Assembly: GCA_963720765.1 (NCBI GenBank)
Contig: CAVRGS010000013.1
Coordinates: 76,854-140,853 of the forward strand
Length of the DNA: 64,000 nucleotides
Source of the DNA: an uncultured Actinomycetes bacterium
Lineage (GTDB): Bacteria > Actinomycetota > Acidimicrobiia > IMCC26256 > DASPTH01
Reading direction: 5' to 3'
Both the position numbers and the translations under genes were made by a program. Each line of letters opens with the position of its first letter. Position 1 is the stretch's first letter. A model generated the notes under the pieces. The model had not been told where the DNA came from, made no database searches, and was given only the letters and a program-made list of their open reading frames with translations. Positions 31,650 through 39,081 of this stretch are shown here, in pieces.

Positions 31650-32345
31650 ATGGCTCCTCTACCCTGCGTGATCGTGACGGGCACGGGTGTCATCCGGGTG
31701 TTCCTCCTCGACGATCACGAGGTCGTGCGCCGCGGCGTGCGAGAGCTGCTCGACGCCGAGGACGACATCGAGGTGGTCGGCGAGGCCGACACCGCGGAGT
31801 TGGCGCTCGCCCGGGTGCCGGCGGTCCGCCCCGACGTCGCGATCCTCGACGTCCGGTTGCCCGACGGTGACGGGATCGCGGTGTGCCGGGAGATCCGCTC
31901 CTCGTCCGAGGAGGTGGCCTGCCTGATGCTCACGTCGTTCTCCGACGACGAGGCCCTCATGCAGGCGATCATGGCCGGCGCCGTCGGCTACCTGCTCAAG
32001 CAGATCCGGGGCAACGACATCGTCGACGCCGTGCGGCGGGTTGCGGCAGGCGCGTCGCTGCTCGATCCCGCGACGGTGGCGCGCGTCACCGAGCGCCTCC
32101 GCCGGCCGTCCGAGGAGGATGAGCGCCTGGCGCGGCTCACCAGCCAGGAGCGCAAGATCCTGGCGCTCATCGCCGACGGCCTCACGAATCGCCAGATTGC
32201 CAACGAGATGCACCTGGCGGAGAAGACGGTCAAGAACTACGTGTCGAACCTGCTCACCAAGCTCGGCATGGAGCGGCGCACGCAGGCGGCGGTGTTCGCG
32301 ACGCGTCTCGACCAACAGGCCCGTCCCCCCGCTCCCGGCGGCTGA
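31650..32345 (+). CDS. DevR/DosR-like NarL-family response regulator
   Basis: Receiver VFLLDDHEVVRRG, DVAILDVRLPDGDG, GYLLK. LuxR HTH LTSQERKILALIADGLTNRQIANEMHLAEKTVKNYVSNLLTKLGMERRTQAAVFA. The start could instead be GTG 31668 or 31674. Confidence 0.9.
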   Translation: MAPLPCVIVTGTGVIRVFLLDDHEVVRRGVRELLDAEDDIEVVGEADTAELALARVPAVRPDVAILDVRLPDGDGIAVCREIRSSSEEVACLMLTSFSDDEALMQAIMAGAVGYLLKQIRGNDIVDAVRRVAAGASLLDPATVARVTERLRRPSEEDERLARLTSQERKILALIADGLTNRQIANEMHLAEKTVKNYVSNLLTKLGMERRTQAAVFATRLDQQARPPAPGG

Positions 32346-32372
32346 CGTCGGCGCGACGCCGAGTGCCGCGAT

Positions 32373-32705
32373 TCAGAGGGCCGGATCGCCGGGCGGTGGC
32401 CCGACGCGGAACCACGGCGCGGCGTCGAACGTCAGCGGATCCGCGCCGGCTGGGAACACCTCGTCGGAGCGCACCCGGAACGACGGCTCGGTGGATGTTC
32501 CCTCGGGGTGCTCGGCGACGCGGTAGGCGAGCTCACCGCGGAATTGGTACCAGGGGCGCGTGGAAGCCCCGGAGGGATGACCCGCCGCGGGATACACCAT
32601 CGAGCCGAGCACCTCGAAGGCCGCCACCCGCGCACTCCCACGTGGGTGCTCCTCGGTCGCGTACCAGCCCGTGTGCGGCACACCGATCGCGCGCATCTCG
32701 GCCAT
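32373..32705 (-). CDS. Hypothetical 110-aa protein with four internal ~23-aa repeats
   Basis: High GC3 in this frame. Repeats are WYATEEHPRGS / VYPAAGHPSGAS / AYRVAEHPEGTS / VFPAGADP. Two DosR-like boxes lie upstream. Confidence 0.6.
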   Translation of the reverse strand: MAEMRAIGVPHTGWYATEEHPRGSARVAAFEVLGSMVYPAAGHPSGASTRPWYQFRGELAYRVAEHPEGTSTEPSFRVRSDEVFPAGADPLTFDAAPWFRVGPPPGDPAL

Positions 32706-32740
32706 CGCTCCAGTAATGCTCGATGCGACCGCACGATGTA

Positions 32741-32754
32741 GGGCCGAAGGTCCC
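32741..32754. promoter_or_regulatory. DosR-box-like inverted repeat, copy 4
   Basis: GGGCC GAAG GTCCC, centre about 42 nt upstream of ATG 32705. Confidence 0.55.
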
Positions 32755-32781
32755 CTGTGCGCCGGTGGCCCGGGGGCGCGG

Positions 32782-32795
32782 TGGACCTTCGCCCC
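32782..32795. promoter_or_regulatory. DosR-box-like inverted repeat, copy 5
   Basis: Plus strand TGGAC CTTC GCCCC (reverse complement GGGGC GAAG GTCCA). Its centre is 41 bp from copy 4. Confidence 0.5.
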
Positions 32796-32912
32796 GGTCG
32801 GACGGGTCCGATGGTGCGCATCCCGTGAGGTGGCTACGCAGCCGATGTGTGGGCACGAGCCGACCTCGTGGACCCGTTGCTCGACATCGAACCGATGCTC
32901 GCCGGCTGAGCG

Positions 32913-34346
32913 TCAGGAACGGTTCGGCACCTGCCATTCCAGGATCGTCCCGCCGCCGGGGCGAGCGCTCACGAGACAGCGCCCGCCGAGGCGCACCGCC
33001 CGTTCCGACAGGTTGCGGATCCCGTTGCCCTCGGTGATCACGGACGGCAGCCCGCGACCGTCGTCGACGACCCGCAGGGTGACGAAGTCGCCGGCATTCG
33101 CGATCGACAGGTCGACCGACGACGCCTCGGCATGGCGGGCGACGTTCGAGATCGCTTCGCGTACGACGGGGAGCAGCTCGGCGGCCACCGATTCGCGCAT
33201 CGCTTCGACGGGTCCGTCGAAGCGGATTCGTGGCTCGAAGCCCAACGCGTCGCGGTGGTCGTCGCAGATGCGCAGGATGTCGGCCCGGACACCCGGGAGG
33301 TCGCGGGCATCCGACTGCAAGCTGAAGATGACCGACCGGATCTCGCGGATGGTCTCGTCGAGCTCGTCGACCACGTTGCCGAGCCGTTCACCTTGGTCGG
33401 GATCGGCGCTGCGAGCCGCGACGCTCTGCACCGTCATGCCGGCGGCGAAGAGCTTCTGGATGACCACGTCGTGCAGATCGCGCGCGATCCGCTCGCGATC
33501 CTCGACGATCCGAAGGTGCTGTTCGGCGCGACGGAGGCGTTCCTCGGTCGCGTTCCGCTCGCGCAGGTCACGGGCGATCTTCACGAAGCGAACCGGGGCG
33601 CCGTCATCGCCCGGTATCGCCTGCATGAGGATCTCGACGGGGATGTCGGTGCCGTCGCGATGGCGGTGGACGGTGGTGAACGTGATCGACGACCGTTCGC
33701 CGGCTTCCAACGGTGCGAGCAACTCGTGCAACGAGTGCTCGGTGAACTCGGGGACGATGTGCAGCATCGTCATCTGCGTGAGCTCGTCGCGCGTGTACCC
33801 CACCTGCCCGACCGCGCCCTCGTTCGCGTAGACGAAGCGGAGCGTCGGGACTTCGAGGATGAGCACCGCGTCGCTCGTTGCGTCGAGTGCGTCGCGCACG
33901 ACCCGCCGCTCGGCTTCGGCCGCGACGCGCTCGGTGATGTCGCGCACCACGGCCACGACGCTCAACCCGTCGTCGCCCGGCAACGGGCTCAGGCTGATCT
34001 CGACGGGGAACTCGGTGCCGTCGGCTCGGCGTCCGGACAGCGTCAGGCCCGCGCCCATCGACCGCAGCCGAGGTTCGGCGCGAAAGCGCGTGCGGTGCGC
34101 GCGGTGGACCTGCTGCAGCCGCTCCGGGAGGAGCTCGTCGACGGAACGGCCGTTCAGGTCGTCTCGCCCGAAACCGAACAGCGCTTCGGCTCGCCGGTTG
34201 GCGAAGACGATGCGGCCGTCCTCGCCGGTCAGGAGGATGCCGTCGGGCGCCGCATCGACGAGCGCGTGGAACGCGGCTTCGTCGACTGCCCGGTCCCGGG
34301 CACCGTGTGTGGCAGTCCCCGTCGCCGGCCGTTCGGTGGTGGGCAT
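32913..34346 (-). CDS. Sensor histidine kinase, PAS-PAS-HisKA_3-HATPase_c
   Basis: PAS cores GRRADGTEFPVEISLSPL and HRHRDGTDIPVEILMQAI. H-box RERIARDLHDVVIQ. ATPase motifs EAISNVARHA, DDGRG and GNGIRNL. ATG 34346 is 9 nt after GGAGG. Confidence 0.9.
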   Translation of the reverse strand: MPTTERPATGTATHGARDRAVDEAAFHALVDAAPDGILLTGEDGRIVFANRRAEALFGFGRDDLNGRSVDELLPERLQQVHRAHRTRFRAEPRLRSMGAGLTLSGRRADGTEFPVEISLSPLPGDDGLSVVAVVRDITERVAAEAERRVVRDALDATSDAVLILEVPTLRFVYANEGAVGQVGYTRDELTQMTMLHIVPEFTEHSLHELLAPLEAGERSSITFTTVHRHRDGTDIPVEILMQAIPGDDGAPVRFVKIARDLRERNATEERLRRAEQHLRIVEDRERIARDLHDVVIQKLFAAGMTVQSVAARSADPDQGERLGNVVDELDETIREIRSVIFSLQSDARDLPGVRADILRICDDHRDALGFEPRIRFDGPVEAMRESVAAELLPVVREAISNVARHAEASSVDLSIANAGDFVTLRVVDDGRGLPSVITEGNGIRNLSERAVRLGGRCLVSARPGGGTILEWQVPNRS

Positions 34347-34447
34347 GGACTCCAACCTCCGTCCGGACCCGATCCGACCAACCTAGACGGTGCGCCGCGC
34401 GTCCATTCCGGCCGGACTCGCGACGCCACTTCCCGCGGAGGTGCGCG

Positions 34448-34888
34448 TCAGCGGAAGAACAGGGCCGGGATGGGCTGCTCCGGTTGGACCGCGTGGAGTC
34501 GCCGTCCGGTGATCGCGAAGGGCTCGAGGACGAGCCACCGGTCACGCCGGTCGGTCACCCAGGGGTGCGGGTCGAACAGGGCGCGGAAGTCGCCGGCATC
34601 GGGGTCGACCCGCAGGAGCATCCCGCGTACGAGCACCGACCAGCCTTCGCGCGCGTCGTGGTCGACGTGGTCGATCTCGAACGCTGCCGGGATCCCGTCG
34701 CGGTCGAGCAGGTTGCCGGGACGGGTGCGGAGCGCGATCCAGGTGCGGCCGGGCGCCTCCACCAGCCGGTAGTTGACCGGCACGATGACCGGGCCGCCGT
34801 CGATGTCGACCCCGATCCGGCCGAAGTCTCCGTAGCGAAGGAGTTCCAAGCAGTCGTGGTGATCGATCTCGCCGAGGGTGCCGTGCAT
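34448..34888 (-). CDS. PPOX-family split-barrel flavoprotein (second copy)
   Basis: IDHHDCLELLRYGDFGRIGVDIDGGPVIVPVNYRL. ATG 34888 behind GGGAGG. Confidence 0.8.
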   Translation of the reverse strand: MHGTLGEIDHHDCLELLRYGDFGRIGVDIDGGPVIVPVNYRLVEAPGRTWIALRTRPGNLLDRDGIPAAFEIDHVDHDAREGWSVLVRGMLLRVDPDAGDFRALFDPHPWVTDRRDRWLVLEPFAITGRRLHAVQPEQPIPALFFR

Positions 34889-34944
34889 CGCGCTACCTCC
34901 CGCTGGTGCACCTCGACGCAATCACCTTCTCGGGCGCTCGGTCA

Positions 34945-34958
34945 GGGCCGAACGTCAC
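34945..34958. promoter_or_regulatory. DosR-box-like inverted repeat, copy 6
   Basis: GGGCC GAAC GTCAC, centre about 63 nt upstream of ATG 34888 (PPOX then kinase). Confidence 0.5.
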
Positions 34959-35147
34959 AGCCGCACCATGCGGGTCGGAGCGCCCGGCGAGCCATCGGCG
35001 CCGGCCACGATCGCCTGGTTCCGGTTGGGGGGCCTCCATGACCTCGGGGATCGCTGCCAGTCGACGGATCGCATGAGATCCATCGGGAGCTTCCTCGTCG
35101 CGAACACCGGACCACTCGATCGTTGCCGCGACGCCAGGGCACCGCCG

Positions 35148-35161
35148 GAGGCGATGGTCCC
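35148..35161 (-). promoter_or_regulatory. DosR-box-like inverted repeat, copy 7 (minus-strand reading)
   Basis: Minus strand GGGAC CATC GCCTC. Forms a 10-bp perfect inverted repeat (cgatggtccc / gggaccatcg) with copy 8. Confidence 0.5.
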
Positions 35162-35179
35162 ACCGCAGGCCTGCAGATC

Positions 35180-35193
35180 GGGACCATCGGCTC
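35180..35193 (+). promoter_or_regulatory. DosR-box-like inverted repeat, copy 8
   Basis: GGGAC CATC GGCTC, centre about 72 nt upstream of ATG 35258. Confidence 0.5.
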
Positions 35194-35257
35194 TGTCGGC
35201 GCGGGGCGAGTCGCCGGACACTGGACATGAGCGTTGCTCGCAACGAGGAGGACCACC

Positions 35258-35464
35258 ATGAGGGCGAACATCGGAGATCGACTGGTCATCAAGGGCCACC
35301 ACGTGGGGGAGCCCGACCGCGACGCAGAGATCCTCGAGGTCCACGGCGACGACGGCGGGCCGCCGTACCTCGTCCGATGGGACGACGACGGTCACGAAGG
35401 TCTCTTCTTCCCTGGTTCGGACGCGACCATCGAGCACTACCCGCGCCACTCGCAGAAGCACTGA
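35258..35464 (+). CDS. DUF1918 domain protein
   Basis: ATG behind GAGGAGGA. MRANIGDRLVIKGHHVGEPDRDAEILEVHGDDGGPPYLVRWDDDGHEGLFFPGSDA matches the DUF1918 pattern as I remember it. Confidence 0.75.
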   Translation: MRANIGDRLVIKGHHVGEPDRDAEILEVHGDDGGPPYLVRWDDDGHEGLFFPGSDATIEHYPRHSQKH

Positions 35465-35478
35465 GCGGCGGCCGCGAG

Positions 35479-36168
35479 GTGACCGTGCCGACGCGGGTGA
35501 ACCGTGACGTCGATGTCGGGCTCCGCAGCCTCGCGCTGTCCGGCCACCTGACCGTTCCCGACGACGCCGCCGGCGTGGTGCTCTTCGTGCCCGAACCGGG
35601 AGCCATCGCTCCCGCCGATGGGCTGGCCGGTCGGTTCGTCGACGCCGGGCTCGGGACGCTGCAGGTCGACCTCGTCACGGCGGACGAGCGGGTTCGCGAG
35701 GCCGACGGCCCGGTTCGCGACATCGAGCTGCTCGCGGTGCGCGTGCTGGCAGTCACCCGGTGGCTGCACGCGCACCCGGACACGCGAGACCGCTCCGTCG
35801 CGTACTTCGGGTCAGGTGTGGGTGCCGACGTCGCGCTGCTCGCCGCCGCTGAGGACTCGACGGTGGTGGCACTGGTCGCGCAGGATGGTCATCTCGACCT
35901 CGTGGCGTCGCGTGTGTCCGCCGTGCAGTCACCGACGCTGCTCGTCGTCGACGGTACGGACGGCTCGGTGTCCGGCGCGAATCGCGATGCCATACGACGA
36001 CTCCGGTGCGAGCACGCCCTCGTCGTGGTACCGGCGGCGTCGGACCCGACCGCAACTGCGAGCGCGACCGACGCCGTCGCCGACCACTCCATCGAATGGA
36101 TCACGCGATACCTCCGCCCGGTGGGGCGCTCCGACACGACGACGATCCGAGAGGACGAGAGTTCATGA
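35479..36168 (+). CDS. Alpha/beta hydrolase, dienelactone-hydrolase-like
   Basis: VVLFVPEPG.., SVAYFGSGVGADVALLAAA.., PTLLVVDGTDG. The start GTG 35479 is tentative. Confidence 0.55.
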   Translation: MTVPTRVNRDVDVGLRSLALSGHLTVPDDAAGVVLFVPEPGAIAPADGLAGRFVDAGLGTLQVDLVTADERVREADGPVRDIELLAVRVLAVTRWLHAHPDTRDRSVAYFGSGVGADVALLAAAEDSTVVALVAQDGHLDLVASRVSAVQSPTLLVVDGTDGSVSGANRDAIRRLRCEHALVVVPAASDPTATASATDAVADHSIEWITRYLRPVGRSDTTTIREDESS

Positions 36169-36401
36169 GAGCAACGACCGACACGCGCTGCGACCTGAAG
36201 TGCATCGCGTCGCCACACGTGGCGGTCGGCACGACCCGAGCAGGCGCGGGTGTCGCGTCGGCTGCGTTGGGTACCAAGGTGTACATGAATCTCGTGACCA
36301 TGGAACAGGCGTACCCCGCCATCCAGGTGCCGGTGGATGGCGTGGGTAGGCTGCTCCTCGACGCGGCCCGCGGGGTCTCGCACCCGGGGGAGCTGTCATG
36401 A
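36165..36401 (+). CDS. Hypothetical 78-aa protein, translationally coupled on both sides
   Basis: ATGA overlap with the hydrolase stop (36165-36168) and with the next start (36398-36401). High GC3; no recognisable domain. Confidence 0.4.
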   Translation: MRATTDTRCDLKCIASPHVAVGTTRAGAGVASAALGTKVYMNLVTMEQAYPAIQVPVDGVGRLLLDAARGVSHPGELS

Positions 36402-36856
36402 GCCGACGCGTCATGGTCCTGCTCGGAGGCCTGGGTGTCTTCGTCGTGTTGTTCGCCGCGATCCAGCTCGTGCCGATCCGGGTGACCAACCCGCCGGTGC
36501 AGCACGAGCCCACCTGGGACAGCCCGGCAACGCGGAAGCTCGCGGTCACCGCCTGCTACGACTGCCACAGCAACGAGACCACCACCTACTGGTGGGAGGA
36601 CATCGCTCCGCTGTCGTGGTGGATCACGAACCACGTCGACGAGGGCCGCTCGGCGCTCAACTTCTCCGAGTGCACCCAGGGCCGCGGCGAGAACGAGGCC
36701 GCGGAGACGATCAGGAACGGGTCGATGCCGCCCAGCTACTACACCTGGCTCGGCCTCCACTCCGACGCGAAGCTGACGGCGGCCGAGAAGCAGCAGCTGG
36801 CCGACGGGCTGCAGGCGACGCTCTCGGGGTGGAACTGCGGACACGGCGGCGGCTGA
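36398..36856 (+). CDS. Membrane-anchored CxxCH heme-motif protein (Haem_bd-like)
   Basis: N-terminal TM helix VMVLLGGLGVFVVLFAAI, CYDCH motif, SMPPSYY. Confidence 0.7.
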   Translation: MSRRVMVLLGGLGVFVVLFAAIQLVPIRVTNPPVQHEPTWDSPATRKLAVTACYDCHSNETTTYWWEDIAPLSWWITNHVDEGRSALNFSECTQGRGENEAAETIRNGSMPPSYYTWLGLHSDAKLTAAEKQQLADGLQATLSGWNCGHGGG

Positions 36857-36867
36857 GCGCGTAGAAC

Positions 36868-37185
36868 GTGCCGGTGCACGCCCACGGTCAGCTCGCGCCC
36901 CGTACCCTCGCGCCCACCGAAGGAGAAGCAACGATCGAGCTCGCTCGCACGGCGCAGTTCTCCGTCGAGCAGATCCTCAGTGGCCGTCTCGAAGTGCCCC
37001 AGGACCACGAACAGGACCACGACGAGTGGGTCGTGCTCCTCAACGGCGCCGCGGTGCTCGAGGTCGACGGCGTGACGCACGACCTGAGCGCGGGCGACTG
37101 GTGGTTGCTCCCCGCGGGCGCGCCGCACCGGCTGGTGCGCACCGAGCCGGGGACGAGCTGGCTGGCGGTCAGATCGACGCGCTGA
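36868..37185 (+). CDS. Cupin domain protein
   Basis: HDEWVVLLNGAAVLEVDG..WWLLPAGAPHRL. The start is uncertain (no clear RBS). Confidence 0.65.
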   Translation: MPVHAHGQLAPRTLAPTEGEATIELARTAQFSVEQILSGRLEVPQDHEQDHDEWVVLLNGAAVLEVDGVTHDLSAGDWWLLPAGAPHRLVRTEPGTSWLAVRSTR

Positions 37186-37761
37186 CTACAGGTCTGCTGC
37201 GGGGCGCGGCAGGTGCCACTGCAGTTCGACGTGCTGGCCGAACGCGAGCACGCCGGCGGCGACCACGTCGGTGCGCACGAACGCCTGGATCATGTTCGGT
37301 GCCGCGGCGCCCGGTTCGTCGGGATGGAACACGCGCAGGAGCGCCACCCGTCCCGCGAGCTCGGGGTCGGCGTCGGCGGCGCGCACGCGCTCGAGGGTGG
37401 CGTCGAAGTCGTCGCGGGACAGGAAGCGGATCCCGAAGTGAAAGGACCGCTGCGGCTCCGTCCGCAGACGGTCGAGGTACGCCCGTGCGGCCTGACCCAC
37501 CCCGGTGTCGTCACCCGCGATCGCGTCGGCGAGGGTCTGCTCCAGATCCCACTGCTCGGGTGTGACCTCCGACGCGTAGCACGCGTTGTTGGAGAAGTCG
37601 GCCAGCTCAGGGTCGACGAGCGCGGTCATCCAGGTGCCCCCGCGGTCGAGCACGCGCATGCCGAGCAGCTCGAACACCTTGCCCGCGAGCTCGCGTTCAC
37701 CGGGCCGGTACACCATCTCCACGTGGTTCAGACGGTGACCCGCGTCGGTGATGGTCGACAT
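37186..37761 (-). CDS. Hypothetical protein, possibly VOC-like
   Basis: 191-aa ORF. LNHVEMVY and HFGIRF resemble VOC beta-alpha-beta-beta-beta module starts. Last gene of a coupled operon. Confidence 0.5.
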   Translation of the reverse strand: MSTITDAGHRLNHVEMVYRPGERELAGKVFELLGMRVLDRGGTWMTALVDPELADFSNNACYASEVTPEQWDLEQTLADAIAGDDTGVGQAARAYLDRLRTEPQRSFHFGIRFLSRDDFDATLERVRAADADPELAGRVALLRVFHPDEPGAAAPNMIQAFVRTDVVAAGVLAFGQHVELQWHLPRPAADL

Positions 37762-37792
37762 GGCTCGACGGTACCCCTTCTCGACGCCTCGT

Positions 37793-38575
37793 TCAGCCGA
37801 GCATGTAGCTGCCGGCGTCGACGACCACCGACTGCCCGGTGATGGTGCGGGCTTCGTCGCTGGCGAGGAACAGCGCCAGGTTGGCGACGTCGTCGGTCGA
37901 CGAGATGTCGCGCAGCGGGACGCTGGCGAGCATCTTGGCCCGCATGGCCTCGTCGTCGAGGCCCTGCTCGTCGGCCATGCGGTGGACCCAGTTCTGCCAC
38001 AGCTCGGTGTCGATGCCGCCGGGCACGACGCAGTTGCACCGGATGCCGTGCCGCCCCACCTCGAGCGCCACGGCCTTGGTGAAGGCGCGCAGCGACGCCT
38101 TGGCCGTCACGTAGTGCGTCTTGCGCGGCACGCCGTTGAACCCGGCCGTCGACGAGAAGTTGAGGATCACGCCCGCACCGCGTTCGAGCATCGACTGGTT
38201 CAGCACCTCGCGGGTGCAGAGCATCGCCGCGGTGACGTCGATGGCGATCGTGGCGTTCCAGTTGTCGAGCGTCTGCTCCCAGATGAACTTGTCGGTACCG
38301 GGTGCGGCGGCGTTGTTGCACATGATGTCGATGTGACCGAACTCGGTCACGGCCCGGGCCACCATCGCGATCACGTCGTCCTCGACGGTCACGTCGGCTC
38401 GCATCGCGATCGCACCTTCACCGCACGCGGCCGCGGCCTCACGGACGAGCTCCTCACGACGCGCCGCGAGCAGGACGCGTGCGCCCTCGTCGACGAAGCG
38501 CTTCGCCATCACGGGGCCGAGCCCGGTGCTGGCGCCGGTGATGATCGCGACCTTGCCGTCGAGTCGACCGCTCAC
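37793..38575 (-). CDS. SDR family oxidoreductase
   Basis: ITGASTGLG, NNAA, YVTAK. GTG 38575 overlaps the upstream stop (GTGA). Confidence 0.85.
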   Translation of the reverse strand: MSGRLDGKVAIITGASTGLGPVMAKRFVDEGARVLLAARREELVREAAAACGEGAIAMRADVTVEDDVIAMVARAVTEFGHIDIMCNNAAAPGTDKFIWEQTLDNWNATIAIDVTAAMLCTREVLNQSMLERGAGVILNFSSTAGFNGVPRKTHYVTAKASLRAFTKAVALEVGRHGIRCNCVVPGGIDTELWQNWVHRMADEQGLDDEAMRAKMLASVPLRDISSTDDVANLALFLASDEARTITGQSVVVDAGSYMLG

Positions 38576-39081
38576 GACGTGGCCTCGAGGCCGAAGCCAC
38601 CGCGCAGCGTGTCGCCGAACAGCTCGCGACCGGCGCCGGTCTCGTCGAGCTGTCGGTGGGTGCGTCGGTGGATCTTCCACGTGCCGTCGATACGCGTGAA
38701 CTCCCACCGCGCCGCGCCGAGCCGCCACACGTAGGCGCGTTGCTGCTCGGCGTCTCGGCGGAGCACGAACGAGTACGACAGGGCGGTGGCGTGGTCGCCG
38801 TCGACTTCGATCAACGGTGGACCGGCGAAGTCCGCGACGCCCTCGCCGATCAGCATCTGGTGGCCCTTGCTCTGCAACATCCGATCGACCGCGTCCGGGC
38901 CCTGGAGCGCCGGCTGCTCGGTGTCCCAGTCGTACTCGCCGTCGTCGGCCCACAGCGCGCCCGCGCGTGCCGTCTCGCCCGCGTCGGCCGCCGGACCGTA
39001 CGAGAGGATCACGCGCCGGATGGCCAGTTCGTCCTCCACTCGCCGGAGTCGTGCCTCGAAGTCGTTGGCATCGTCGGTCAT
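38572..39081 (-). CDS. SnoaL/NTF2-like fold protein
   Basis: 169 aa. RLRRVEDELAIRRVILSYGPAAD pattern typical of SnoaL_4/NTF2-like proteins. ATGA overlap with the thiolase stop. Confidence 0.65.
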   Translation of the reverse strand: MTDDANDFEARLRRVEDELAIRRVILSYGPAADAGETARAGALWADDGEYDWDTEQPALQGPDAVDRMLQSKGHQMLIGEGVADFAGPPLIEVDGDHATALSYSFVLRRDAEQQRAYVWRLGAARWEFTRIDGTWKIHRRTHRQLDETGAGRELFGDTLRGGFGLEATS

